Assembly (NCBI GenBank): GCA_018398765.1
Contig: JAHBMJ010000177.1
Coordinates: 1-54,572, forward strand
Direction: 5' to 3'
Length of the DNA stretch: 54,572 bases
Origin: Chromera velia
Lineage: Eukaryota
In this document: positions 37,323 through 51,490 of the stretch, in pieces
How the letters are laid out: each line of letters starts with the position of its first letter
Position numbering within the stretch: the first letter of the stretch is position 1
Position numbers and translations under genes: made by a program
The notes under the pieces: model-generated
Told to the model about the DNA's origin: nothing
Seen by the model: only the letters and a program-made list of their open reading frames with translations
Databases searched by the model: none

Positions 37323-37586
37323 AGCTAGCTCTAGGCTCTGCACTCTATAAATAAAAAAAAAAAAGAAAAAAAAGAAAGTTTCTGATCTTTTATTTTTTTT
37401 TTTATCAACTGAAAAGTATATGGTTTTCAATGCAACACCCCGTGTAACACTCTTGCAATACTTGAACAACTTGAACAGTTGTTTGTCTATTGAATGTCAT
37501 GATAAATAAAAAAAAAGTCCATAAAAAAAAAACTTTTTCTCATCTTTTATTTTTTTTTTTATGTAGTGCAGAGCCTAGAGCTAGCT
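37323..37586. mobile_element. MITE-like element (~250 bp)
   Basis: Perfect 22-bp inverted repeat AGCTAGCTCTAGGCTCTGCACT (37323-37344 / 37565-37586), extended inward by A-rich and T-rich arms. The outer palindromic AGCTAGCT could be an 8-bp TSD. Confidence 0.8.
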
Positions 37587-40031
37587 AAGAGAGTAGGATC
37601 GAATGAACCTTTTGAAGTCTTGAATCGAAGACCTTAAACTTTTAAAATAAATAATTATATAAACTCAGAAATACTCACTGTATTACTCAGAAATGAATTG
37701 AGTGAGCGACTTCTCGACTTCGCAAGTCGAGGCCCGGCAGTGGACCATGGGGCAACCCGGAACATAAATTCTATCCTACCCTATTGAAAATAAGAAATTC
37801 AAAAAAAAATTCTATATGGATTTAGCGTCGCTAGATCTAGGATTTAACCCTCAATCATCATTATCATCATAAATACTAAAAAAAGAATCATTAATTAGTA
37901 ATAGGATGTCAGATTGTTTAAATAGAATCTTAATTGCCGCCAAACGGTAGAAACCGATGGCGATGGCGTATGATGATGATGCACATATAAATTTTATTCA
38001 CCGTACGCTAGACCGTACGCCGCCGTGTATTCATGCAATCAAGTTTGTCACCTACGTATACTAGCTTGTCACTAGTTTTTTGTATGAAATGGATGTTGCA
38101 GGAGGCATAGACTTCTCTTCAACGACCCACAGTGGTCGATTGATTCACTGGAGCTTTCACGGCCAGTCTTCGAAACCCTTTTTGCTTTGATGATCGTCCT
38201 GCCTGCATGCAGCCCGGGTGTATGATGAAGCGGACTTATAGGGGTCTCCCCTCTTCAATGACTGGCACATTGACTCTGAAACATACGGACCGCAAATAGA
38301 CAGAAAATTTGGGAATCCGAGGGAATGCATCACTATCGATACATCAATCGAAAAGATCGATGGCGGAGTCTATGCAGGCACGTACTGGTTGGACAAGATG
38401 CCCAATGTTTTGAGGAACAGCTACACGTGCAAGATTGCACAAAAGGCGCATGAATAAATGGATAAAAGGGAGAGTGAGTGGATGAGTGAATGGATGAGGG
38501 TTTCAGTGAGTCCAGCAGTGAGCAAATGACAGAACTGGTAAAGTCACGCACTTTTCTTCTTTTTCTTTCATGCACACTTTTCTACCATGCCCTTTCTCTC
38601 CCCAGCTTCTTATACTGAAAGCTTGCCGTTCGCTCCTCTTGCTCGCAAACATAAAGAAGGCAGAAAGGAACGTGGGGAAGACGTTATTTTTGATCGATTT
38701 CTGCGGACTGTGACTCCATGCGGAGAGCAATCTACTCTGTCGACAATTTGTTCCTCTTCCTTCGTGTCACGGCCGCCTTTCATTCGGACCTTGCGGCACT
38801 TTCGCCAGTTCTTTCCCTTACTCCGTACTGCCCTCCCTCTCTGCTACGTGAGGGAAAGAGCAGAGAGCAGGAGGGCACCAGTCGACTGATTCCCTTCAAC
38901 TCTCATTGAGTCTGAACGTTCTTCAAAGTGAGTTTGGCGTAGCGGTGTGGGAGTGCTTTCCTGGTTGCATGCTTTGCTCCATTCCGCAATCGAATGCGGC
39001 ACTTCACTTCGCTTTTTCTTTGTTGTCATTTTTTGTCCGCGATCCATCGCATCGAGGCACATGCACACTTACTTACTTACCTATTTCTTTCATGTTGTCT
39101 TTCTTTCTTTCTCTTTCTGGCCTCGTCATTTCTGCCTTCTCTGTTTCTGGTCCACGCTCACTCATTCTTTCCAGGAACAGATTTCCTCCATTAATTGTCA
39201 CCGAGTCTTCTTCAGCAAATATTGATTTGAAGGCCAGAAAAACAGTCAGCCAGTAGGTCAGTCTACCAGCAGGCCTACAGGAAAACAACACCAACTAACC
39301 ACACCGCGACAGTCAATCCACCTCGACACAGATCCCCCCTCCCCCCTTAGTATACTCAAGCAGCCTTTTCTTCCTTCGGTTGATGAAGAAAACCTGCTGA
39401 GGATGCAAACAGAAAGAAAAAGAGGCCAGCTCTCTCTCCCTTTCTCGTCCTCACTCCCCCCAAAGAATTACGACACAATAGAGTGACAGCAGCAGACCAC
39501 ACACACAGTCACGACACAGCAAACAATCGCCCCCCCCAATCGCCACCAGAAGGGAGGTACCAAAAGATCTCGCTGCCTGTTTCAAAAAACCGAGGCAAAG
39601 CAGAGTGGCCTCCCTCTTGGGAGGTCTTCAATGCTCTCTCTTTCCCCCCCCCTCTCTTTATGTGAGGAGTGAAGAGGTATGGAGGACCGGACTGTTCCTT
39701 CTATTTCGGTTTCTGCGTTCGAGAGGAAAAAGCTCTCGATCGATCTTCCCTGCGTCTCCCTCCCTCCTGTGCCTGTCTGTCTCCATCAACATGGATGGAT
39801 GGATGTAGGTGATGATGTCGAGTCGTGTTGTGGCGTGACCAGATGTGATGCGATGCGATGGGAGGTCGCGAGGTCATCCTCTCTTTCCACCCAGCATTTT
39901 CTTCCCGCCTTCCCCCTCCCCCGAACCCTCGCTGCAAATCAGAGAGGACAGGCGGAAGAAGAGAACAGACGAGACAGGCAGCCAGAAGAGAAGACTGGCC
40001 AACCTCCGTCGGCTGGGAAAAGAGAGAGAGA

Positions 40032-40069
<38 letters not shown>

Positions 40070-43000
40070 AGAGAGACGTCGGTAACTTCATTCCACTTCA
40101 CCTATGCATGAACGCATGCTTTGAGTGGAGCGCCAGCGACGGAGAGGCCTAAATTGGATGGCAGAGAAAAAGCGCACCAATTCCTCCTTTCTGATCTCTT
40201 TGCTTCATTTGGATCTCTTTCTCTCTTTCCTCTCATCACCCGGAAGAGGAGAAAGAAAGGAACGGGAAGGAAATGGTGCCAAAGGGAAGCAAAGGCACCC
40301 GACAAGAGGAAGGGAAGAGTTGACAGAAAGCCAACAGACGTGAGAGGGAACGAATGAAAGAGATAAAGGAAGAGTAAGAAAGGAGAAAGAGACGAGGTCG
40401 GAATCGACCTACACGTTTTACAAATGAACTGATTGATAAGTACCTGCCTGCATGTCTTGCCCTCCCTCCAGCTCACTGTGTTCCTTCACTGCACTTTTGT
40501 CATGAGAGAATTGCCTCCATTGGCTGTCTTTCCACAAGACACGGCCAGCAGGGGGTCACCCCCCTCAGAAAAAGGCAGTTCAGAAGAGTGGTGAACATAC
40601 AGAGAAAGACCATGCAGCGACTATTTGTACAAATGATAGGAAGGAAAGAGACGCATGCACGAACAAACACCCCTTCACCCCCCCACCCCAACCCGACCAA
40701 GTGTCTGGGTGACTCTTTTTTGAACTCTTCTTCTCTGTTTTCCTGCCTTGTTTTCGCCCTCTCCTCTTCTCTTGCAGAAGGAAGCAAAAGAACCCCTGGC
40801 CAGGCTGGCATGACAGGCGCAAGTAAGTGAGAAGAGAAAAAAAAGGAGCCGACCCGACGTCAGGCCTCCTGGCAAGGACCCCCCCCCTCCCATTCCCTTT
40901 CCCCATTCCTTGCCCCTCCAACGAACGAAATCTAGACACCCTTTCGACCCTCCCCTCTCTCCCGCTGTCTGTCGGTCTGTCTTCCTCCCCGCTTCCGCAG
41001 CGGGTCCATCAGAAAGAAGACACGGCTTTCTTGCCCATTCACCCACAAGCCAACTTATCTGGTCCAACTCCAACACATGCTGGTGGACAGAGGCAGAGAA
41101 GCAGCATCATCGATCGAAGCCAAGATCGGCCTTTAAAGCCAGGGAAGACGACCGTCCAGTCCTGCCTTCCTTGGTTTGTTTGGTCACTGCACCCCCAGGG
41201 AGCGAACCAAGCAGGCAGAAGACGGCAGAGAGTAGTCTGCTTTTTTGCCTTCTTGAAGGAGGGACGGACAGCTTTGGTTAAGAAAGGAAAAAGGCATGCG
41301 AATGCGACTTCCCTCGACATCTGAATGCGGGCACAAACAGAATGATGCGTGCAAGCGTTTTCCTTTCTCGGAACGGAAGAAGTCTCAGATCGATGGATCG
41401 ATCGTTCCCCTTCGTTGCCTTCAAGAATGCCTTCCAGCAGACAAACAGGAGCTGACGGGTGATTCGTCGATGAAGACTGAGAAACTGCCTGGTCATCTTA
41501 CATTGCAGGCTAACAAACAGATACAGAGAGAAATAGGGGAAACAGCCAGGGAGAACGACACGAAGACAGACAGAGAGAAAGAAACATTGCGTGCATCATC
41601 ATGCAGTCATCTCTGTCACGCACCTACTGGACTGAGGACTGAGGACAGGACCTTCCTTGTGAGTCGCCTCGAGTGGCCCTTCCTCCCTCTTCCTCTCCAC
41701 CCCTTCTTACACCGATTCATGCCTTTCTTGTTTGCCTGTATCATCTCGTGGCTTCCACATTCGTTAAGTATGATTTTCTCATGCACGCACTTGATCGATC
41801 ACCCACTGCCTCTCTCATGAAAAGAAAAAAGGCCCATTTATCAGTGGGTTGCAGTGTCTCAGAGGGGCCTAAAGAACTGGACTTTTTTTTTTACGTTTGC
41901 GAAGAGGCAGAAATTGGACGAAGGGAAGAATGTTGGTGATGGGGGCAGAAAAAGAAACAAAAAAAAAACTGCAGGCTTTCGTGAGTGCTCCAATCTTCAG
42001 TGTCTTTTGCTTGCCAAGCGGCAAAAACGTTAAGTGAGGAAATGAACTGGATGCCGATTCCTGGGATTCTCAGTCTTTTGAGATTTCTATACCGTTCTTC
42101 TTCTGAAGAGTTCCCGTTGATCTCTTTCCCCTTTCTGCGTACAGACGGCATAAAAACGGCAGCGCAGCGTGCAGAATCTGCGACAAAAAGGGCGTTGAAA
42201 AAAGACAGCCGGACAGGCGGTCTACGTACACAGGAGAATTGCCAGTCAGTCGGACACTCAGTCTCTCCTTCTCTGCAAAAAGCAAAAGAGAAAAAACAAC
42301 TCCCAGCGCTACATCTGTGTGTGCCTCGAGCTCACTTTGTTGACAAGCATAGAACGAAGTCACAAATACATATGCACCAAGCAAAGCTGTCCGAACTTCC
42401 CTCCTCCCTTCCCACTCGTACATGTTTTCCTTCTCTCCCCTTCCCTCATACAAAGTCACGAAGCAAAAGTACAGGTGTTTTCGCCAGAGGAGCGAAAAAC
42501 CAAGAACCAGGACCAAGCAACAAGCATAACATTGAAGAGAACGTACTCATGTATACAACAGACGGGAAGGCAGATTGAGAAGCAGACAGAAAGAGCCAGA
42601 AAGACAGAGACGGAAACAGAAAGGATGCGATGGCGACGAGGCATGCGGAGAAAAGCTACAACGGGTGGATGAGCGAGCGTGAATGTGTCTCTGTGTGTGT
42701 GTGAGAGAGAGAAGGACTGTGTCAGGAGGCTCCCACCAGACACAAGTGGTCACTCTGCCTGCCTGTCTTCCACTCCCTTGTTCGCTTCTCTTTTCCACGT
42801 TCCGCCCTCTCACTTCAACCGGCCCCTTTCCCTTGCATGCAAATGGGAAAGTTTCACGACAACGAAATGAGATCACGGAAAGTCCATGCATGCACTTTGA
42901 GGTCTGGCCACAACAAACAAAGGAGGCGGGCAGCTGTTTGGTCCTTCTTTTCACAAAGACTCAGTCAGACGGAGATGCCTGAATGGGAACGTCAAAAAGA

Positions 43001-43584
43001 TAAATAGAGTCAGTGCGTGAGTCATAGGTCGATCGACAGATGATCAAAATGCCCCGAAATCGAAAGAGAAAAAAGACAAGGCACACAGACGACCCCCTTC
43101 ACCTCTGTCAATTTTTCTTTTTCTTCTCTGTTTGACCGAGTCTCGCGTTTCCCTCAATTTCTTCTCCCTCTTCGACTTCCGCATTCCCGCCAAAAAAAAA
43201 GCTCTGTCTTTCTAAAGAGCTCCGAAGGCTGCTGCAACAGCCAAAGATATGAAGGAACAACAGAAAGCAACAGAGCAACAGATCACTCACATGACTTCAT
43301 AGATGGACAAGGGATGACAAAAAAACTGGGAGATGTACGTGCACATGAAGTCAGTCATTCGCACAGGCGGGTGCGGCGGAGCTCTTCAGGCCAATAGAGC
43401 TGGAGACACGGACAGACAGCGAGACAGACAAGCGTTTCAATCAATCCACGGACACACTTTTCTTGGGCCCATGTAGTGCTGCATCGAAAAAGGAATCACA
43501 AGAGCCCAACTGAAGGCTTTTCTGTTGTGTCAGGACAAGCCGAGTGCGGAGTCCCTCGTTTCATGCACACACACACACACACAC

Positions 43585-43622
<38 letters not shown>

Positions 43623-43815
43623 GCGTACGTCTGTACGATTCGAAAAGACAAACTGAGGCCAATGCAACCTCGAAGTTTGAATAACAAAGGAGAGAGACAG
43701 CGCATCGATCGAACAAACGAACAAAAGGACTACGGACTCGCAAGCAGATTCTTTATCTTAACACGTTTCTATTTCTCTCCGTCCCCCGTCCCTCCTCCCG
43801 CCCTATCTGTGTGTG

Positions 43816-43879
<64 letters not shown>

Positions 43880-45350
43880 AGGCCCTCTACTTATGCCTTG
43901 TTTTATGCTGGATGTCTGTGTGTCTTTTTTGCTCGTTCGTGTCACCTGCCATGCAGTGTCATTTCCATGTTCTCATACTTGACCCTTTACCGTGGTCTCT
44001 ACCCCACCCACTTTCATCCAGAACATTATTTCCCTTTGCCCTTTCTTCTTCACGGCCCTTCGTTTCCTTCTGTCTCATCTCTCCCGATGAGAAAGAAACG
44101 TCCGAGAAGTTCCCCCGGTTGGAGGGGGGGGGGGTTCCGAAATCCACCCATGAGAACGCGTGTTGAGTGAGTGGAGTGAAAAAGTTCAGGAGAGGAGGAA
44201 GGAAAGCCTTTTCTGCGGGGGTGAAGACGGTCGAGAATCTGTTTGGATGGTTGATGCTCTGTACTGAATCCTTTTCCCTTCGCCGTCCCCTCTCCTCTGT
44301 TCCCTTCAGACTTGCAGACCGATCCCCGAATGTGCAAAGCAAGAAACGGTGGATCTAATGTGGGTGTCTCTCTCGTTCTTTCCGAATGGGGGACAGAGAG
44401 TGAAAGAAGGCGGAAGAAGCGTGAGGAGATGACAGAATAGAATTACACAAAGCGAAAGAAAGAAAGGAAGGTCGCCCACCTAATTGAATCAAGCGATGCA
44501 AAAAGAAACAAGGGGGGAAAGCCAACTTCATAGAGGTAGGGAATGTTAGACGAATGGGCAAATCAATGCATGGCAGGTGGGTGAACTGAATGAAAGTCTC
44601 AGCAGGGGTGAGGAAGACAAGAGGAGTCGCTTCTCTTTTTCCCTTTTCGTTTTCTCCTTTCTCGTCCAACAGTCTGAAAGGAGTCCGAAACAGGCAGAGT
44701 GAAGGAAGGATGCATATCGAAGAAGCCATTTACACTCGATCTCTTGACTTGATTCCTTCCACCCAGTGGCTGTCAGTTGTTCGCATGCTTGCCCACCGGT
44801 TTTTCCATTTCATAAGCCAACCGACAGACTAACTCTTCTTTTCTCTTGCCTTGCTGAAACACGCTCTCTGTCTCTTCAGGTGCCCATCCTTTGTTTGTCC
44901 CCCTGATTGACTTCAGACGGTTGTATGATGTTTCTTTCTTTCTGTGCGTTAGATGATCCCTTTCTTTGGGGAAATCTGCTGAACAGAACAAACGAAAGAA
45001 AGGAAAAAGATTTGACAATTCTTCTCGGAGGAACTGGAACTCTCCTCTCTGCCCCCGATCACATGAAGAGAAACAAATAAGACATTGCATCGCCCTTTTT
45101 ATTCCTCCTTCTCCTTTCCTTTCCATTCCGAGAAGGAACAGAACGACAATGCAAGGAGAAAAAACCAAAACCCTCGAACGGACACAGGAAGGGAGTTCAT
45201 TAGACACACAAGCAAGATGCCGGACATGCACGGGAAGATGCAACAACGTTAGGTCGGACAGACAAATGACTTCGGACAAAAACGCCTGAAAGAATTCCCT
45301 AAAAATACACATCAATCCGGTGAAAGAAAAAAGAGGTAGGCAAACCATCT

Positions 45351-45382
<32 letters not shown>

Positions 45383-45663
45383 GCCTGGCTCATCATCACG
45401 TCTTTTTCTGGTTCTTCTGCCCGTCCTCTTCTGTCTAGACAAAAAAAAAGTCCAGACCCAGTGTGTGAAAAAAGACATTGGACGACAACCCTTCGCAGAC
45501 TGCCCCCCTGCTGGAAGGAAATCTCGGGACAATGTGTGTTGAACCTTTTTCTTTCTGTTAGAGAGTCAGCTTCCTTCCTTTTTTTCGTTTTGACACCCCA
45601 ACTTCGCCCGTGCCTTTGCACTTACATCCCGACGACTACAGGACGAGGGTGGCAACCAAGAAG

Positions 45664-45699
<36 letters not shown>

Positions 45700-45912
45700 C
45701 ACAGTCAAGTCGACTTTCCGTTTTCAGATACCCAAGCAAAGTAAAGAAGATCAACATTACACCGAGACAATGAAGGAGACAGCGTGGAAGGGGCGGATGA
45801 AAAAAAGAAAGAAGATCGGACAATCCATCGGTACAGTCATTGAAATAACAAACGACCCCTCCTGCCCTCCCTTTTTCCCTTGTCTCCTCTTATAAGTCGG
45901 TCGGTCGGTCGG

Positions 45913-48900
45913 TCACCGAGAAGCGCGTAGAGATGCGATCCCGGAGCGGTTCTTCTCCTTCTCCCGCCCCTTCGAACCCCGGAAGCGCTCATTAACGATA
46001 TTCACCCGCACGTAGGTGTGGTCAAGTCCTCCGTCTCTGTCGGTTGAGTGGCGAAGAGGGAATCGCGGCCCTCCTGCCCCGACCCCTTCTACCACTGGGG
46101 GAGGAAACATGGGAAGTCCCCGAAGAAGGGGGGGGAGGCGCAGTGCCCCCCTGCCCCCCTCCATGTGCGCTCCACCATTTCTGTGTCCCCCCACGCCCCC
46201 TGCCTGGTGACGCTCTGCCTGTTCCTCCTCTTCTTCGTGCCTTTTTCTCACGTGCCTTTCCCGCTTTTGCGTGCGTCGGCGGCTTCCCCGCTCCTTTCCA
46301 AACCCCCCAAGAGCGGCAGTTGACACGCTCGTCTTATCGGAACTTCTCAGAGGTGAGCGGCGGGGGATGCCGTGACGCTGGCGCGGGTGGTTGGGGTGAC
46401 GAGGGGCAGGAGGAGGATGGGTCCCCCCTGCAGGGTGGTTTTCCTCGCCACCGAGGCACTCGCTGTCTGAATCTTCAAGGGTCGCATCCTCGCGCTGCGT
46501 GCGAGCAATGTCGAGAATGATTGCGGCTGCCTTTCGGGCACACAAAGACGGCACATCCCCTCTGTTCGTGTTCTCTGCCTCCGACCCTTCCACCAACAGT
46601 CGCGGAGAGACGGCAGGGGAATGGGTCGGGCTTGGGGGGGCGGGGAGGTCTTTTTGCGGTCGTTGGAGCTGTGTGGCTGTGAGGGGGGGAGAGGGATCGA
46701 GAGGTACCGTCAGAGAAAGGGGGAAGCGAGGGAAAAGGCCAGAGCCTTTGGTGCCACCTGACGGCCATCGGTTGGAGTCAAGTCTTCTTTCCCTCTCGGT
46801 TTCACTCTCTGTTCCTAATCGTTGGACCCTCAGAGTTTCTCTCGCAGTTTCTCTGCGCTTCATTCCCATCCCCCCCGGCCGAATGCATGGGTTGCCTCTC
46901 TGACCATCTGACGTCTCTCTCCGGAGACTCTCGACACTCCGGCGCATCGCCACAGAAAGGGCGAGGGGGGGTCGATGGCTTTCCGGGGCCGTTCTCCCAC
47001 TACCTTCCTTGGGTTCCCCGCAATTCTCACAAATGCAAAAAGTCGCGGCGTTCCCTTCCCCACACACACCGCAAAGCCAACGAGCAGATCCCAAAAGGGG
47101 GGGGGAAAGCATCAGAGGGGGGGCCTCACGGAGACCCCCCAGTTCTCCCTCTGCTGACTGCTGAGAGACGCTCAGTGCAGGAGTTGCACCGTCTGCTCCT
47201 TCCCCGTCTCTGAGACTGACTATCCCCCGCCCCCTGCCATCCCTCTCATCGATGCACCCGCAAGACAGACAGAGAGACGCAGAGACGGAGACGGAAGACG
47301 GAGACGCGAACGCACCGGAGGGGGAGTCACCCGAGGGGGGGCATGTAGAAGGCGGGAAAGAAATTTGATGCAGGGCGGAAGAGGAGGACCACCCGAGGCC
47401 ACCCGCCCCTGCTGTTACTGCGCATGAGAGGGACAGGGACCTTGCAGAAGGGGGTGCTGTCGGGCCTGAAGCTGGGGTTTCGTAGAAGGAGGACGTCAGG
47501 GGTTTCGGAGGTTGGCGTGATGACTGGAGGAAAGTGGGGCGGTTGGAGAGAGACTCGTCTCTTGAGAAGGTCAGGCAAGGAGATTGGGTAGCGGTAAGAG
47601 TGCCCCCCGCACAAAGACCTTTCGAGGAGGACAACCCAGCAGTTGATGGGGCGGGGGCGGTTGAGGGAGGGACGAGGTGGGGCGAGGTGGGTAGGTGAGG
47701 TTGTACTGGAGGGAGGGACGGCAGATGAGGTTTGACTCTCATTTCTGCATTTTGAACGCTCCGGGGCGGTCGGGGTATGTTCATGTTCGTCTTTGTGCCC
47801 CTGAATCTCTGACGGTGTCCTGAAGCGGAGGAGGAGGAAGAGGGAAAGTGGGGCTGTCGAGAGGGGATGGAGGGAAGGGGGAGGCCGAGGTGGAAGAGCG
47901 TTGCTTGCCTTCTTCTAGTAGATCCTACAGAAGAATTTGCGGGTTGGGAAGATGAAGCTGGGGGAGCGGAGACTGCAGAAACTGAGAGGGAAGGAGAAAG
48001 TACAGTCTCATTCTCACCTCCTTCCTCCCCGGCATGGGGTGTTGCCTGTTTGGGTTCTTTGGTGGGATTGGAGAAGAAGAGTGACTGAGAACGATTGACA
48101 GCGAAAGCGCCGTGTTGCTCTCTCTCCCTGTCATTCTCCCTTAACACCTCATCACTTTCTCCCTCTGCACAACTTTCTCTTTCTGCTGCGTCTCCCTCAC
48201 TGGACTCATCAAAAACAGAGTCGCCCTCTGCAGGTAAGCAGAACTCCAAGAAACCCCCATGCAGGCATTCCCTTTCCGACCCACACCCGGATTCAGCGTC
48301 TTCTTCTTCTTCTTCCTCACCACAGGCCTCCTCAAGAAGAAGAGCTGCGAAACGATTCTCACCCGACAGAACGGTTGCCAAACGGTCTAGTCGGGCACGC
48401 CGCCGCTTCTCAGCAACCACCACGGATTGTCCTTGATGACTCCGAGCTCCGGCGGCGGAGTCATCCTGTGTCTGCGCACGAGCGCACCCCCCTCCCCTGC
48501 TGGGTGGGGGGGCTTTCTGTCCCCCCCTTTCCCTTTCACCCCTTCCTGCTGACGACTCGTGTATGACAGTCAGGGGTGACTCAGGAGGGGAGGACCGGCC
48601 CCGCGATGGGGGCCTCTCTGCAGTCCCGTGACGGGACAGGGCCCTGGACCCCGGCACGCACCCCGGGGATACTACAACTACGGAGGCGGTGGAGACTGGG
48701 CCGACGTTTTTGGAACACCACCTGTTTCCGTTCTGGAGGGAGGGGGGAAGACCAGAGCAAACACCTCCAGTCCCCCCGCCCCCCGACCCCGACCAAGAGG
48801 ACGGCGGCATCGGGGCAAGGAAGAGACGCGGGCCCTCAGAGAAATCTGCAGGAAGGAAGGAATGCGAAAGAAGAATGAGAAGAGGTAAGTCACGAAAGAG

Positions 48901-49569
48901 ACAAAGATGAGAAAGCGAAAATGAGAGCGAAAGGCAGAAACACATTTCAAAGGTAGAGCGAAAGAGATGTGGCTATGTTTGTTTGTCTGTCTGTCTGTCT
49001 GTTTGTGTCTTTGCCCTCACCAGCCCCTCTCTGTTTCTCTCTCTACTGTGTGTGAACCTCTCCCAGCTCTCTTGTTTGTCTTCAAAAACTCACCTTTGAG
49101 GGGAAGACAGAGATCGGAGGACTGGGGGTCATGCACTTGCATGGAGGCCTGCTGTGTCCTTGTCTGGTCTGGGTTTCCTCTTTGATCTTCCAGTGCTGTC
49201 GGCGGAAGTGCTTGGTCGCAGTCTTCTTGACCTCGCACCTTCTCGTCTGGTTCTCCCCCTTTTTCTGCAGTGCCGATGTTGCCCCCAGACAACCAAGGGG
49301 CACAGCAACGACACCCGACGCCTCCGCCTGACGTGCAGTGCACCCTGGAAGACGACAGAGCAGAAGGCTGTCTAGTCGGAGGACTCTCCTCCAGTCCCCA
49401 CGCACTGCAGAGGCCAAATGACTTCTGTTGTTGTTGTTGCTGTAGGGTCACTCCTGCTGCTGCTGTTGCTGTTGCAAGCTGCTCGCTGTCCCCCCTCAAC
49501 TTCCTCTCCAGAAGTCTCTCTCGAAGAGAAGACATCAACGGCAAAGGATCCGAAACCTGACAGAAGACA

Positions 49570-49603
<34 letters not shown>

Positions 49604-50692
49604 CAAGAATGTTCAACCTCAAAGAGAGAAGAGAAACAAAATGCCAGGGGGGCTGAAGATTTCATTCCAGAAGGAAGGTATCAACACGGACAGACTACTT
49701 GAAGGGCAAGAGCTTTCCTTTTCAATCAAAAGACGCGGCCTCATTGGACAAGATGAGGATCGCACAAAGAAACGAAGAGACAAAGGCAGAGACAATGAAC
49801 CATCCCAGAGGACGCATGCAGGAAAGAAGGAATCTGGTGGGAAGAAAACGTACTGGAAACTCGGATCACGGAGGCAAACACACAGACAAACCGAGAAAGA
49901 AAGCGTCACCGCAACAGGACAAAGGATGCGAAGAGAAGAGTGTCCAGAATCCTAGGAAAGGAAAACCGGCGAAAAGGTCAGCAAAAACCGTGGCCCCCTG
50001 CCTGGTCAAGAACTCACCTCACGGAATGGCGGGATGAACGACAGACAGATGTCAAGGATCTCACTTTTCTCTGCACATATACCCGCACAGAGAGGAAAGA
50101 GGGGGGAAAAGTGACAGTTGCGTTCAAAATAACGGCAAGATTTGGAGTCCCAAACTCACTCAAAGAGCCTTGCTCAGGAGAGGAAGCAGCTCGCAGAACC
50201 GGTCGGACAGACAAACACGGGGAGGCAAGACGGCCAAGAGCCAGACAAAAACGAAGCTGGACCATGAAGCGAACGACAGTGGGAGGGGAACTGTTGAGGG
50301 ATAACAAACAAGGGACACGACACGGGCAGTCTCCTGAGGGATTTCTGGAGAAACGCGACACCTCAGTGAACGCTTAGGGTGGAGAATACATCAAGCAAAA
50401 ATGCTTCTGTGGGTGGAGGCAGCTCGCTGCCGACTTTCGATCGAGGGATGTGAACTGACGGACCAGACTCATCCTCCACTCTCCATTTCTCAAGGGCTGT
50501 TTGGACATAGTCAAGAACGGGCGCATCAATCTCGGTCAGGACTTCCAGATCAAGACAAGGCGCTGCTTCAGATTCACTCCTGGATTCTGTGGTCGATGCT
50601 GATGAAAATCGTGAGAAGGAAGTAGATTCACGGCGCAGTACCTCCAGAAGAGGGTGAAGAGGTTTCACTTCTTCTGCAAGAGGCAGCTGCAT
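45913..50692 (-). CDS. Large low-complexity protein with a RanBP2-type zinc finger; exons ~50692-50370 (uncertain), 49556-49094, 48845-45913
   Basis: A ~977-codon open exon contains WLCGVCGEGNAATFCICENC (W-x-C-x2-C-x3-N-x6-C-x2-C, ~47020-47080). The phase-1 join AAAG|GTGAGT...CAG|AT gives LK-DFSEG. The first exon boundary and the 3' end are uncertain. Confidence 0.65.
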
Positions 50693-51490
50693 ACTGCCGC
50701 CTCCTCACAACAGCAGCACGGACCGTCACGCTGGAGGAGAGTGAAAGTCTGATTATTGAGTACAGCGAGGCCTTTCTCTGATACAGAAAATGTGTGAGGG
50801 GAGTTCATATGCTGCTAAATATCGAACTGTGACAGAGTAAAGGTACGACTGGAAAAGTGAATTGCAAAAGTCAGTGAAAGCGACGATCGAAATGTTCTTC
50901 AAGGTCAAGCAAAGAGCCGGACAATCAAGCAAGTCTCATGCAGTAGTCCCTCCGTAGATCTCTCTTTCACGATGTCAATACTTTGTCAGCAAACATCTCA
51001 ATAGCGCCAGACAATACTGGGGAGACTCCAGACAGAATTGCATGGCAGTTCAAAAGATTCGATCGAACGAAGGCGTATCCGTCAGATTCCAGAAAGCACG
51101 AGCGCGCTCGGAAGGGCTCACCGCGCGTGCATGAAAGGCTCGGTCGGAATTTAGCTCGGGTTCGAATTGCTCAGCGTGCGTCCGCGCATTCGATGGAGAA
51201 GATGTTGAAAAGTCACAAAAACTTAATTGCAGCTGATCACTTCATCTCATTTCCTTCGATCAGCGACTCATGCACACTTCAGAGGACCGGACAAAGTGAA
51301 GTGAAGATTTGAGCTGCAAGAGGAGGTGACGCGTTCTGTAAATTAGGTTCGGCGACTTTCCTTGAAAGCCCGAGAGTGGAGGAGACGGTGGTGCTTCTTC
51401 TGTAAAATAGGGACAGTTCGTGGCTCTCTGTGGCTGAGTTCAGGTTCACCACTTGTGCCTTATCTCCCACTCTGACTGTTTTCATTCATT

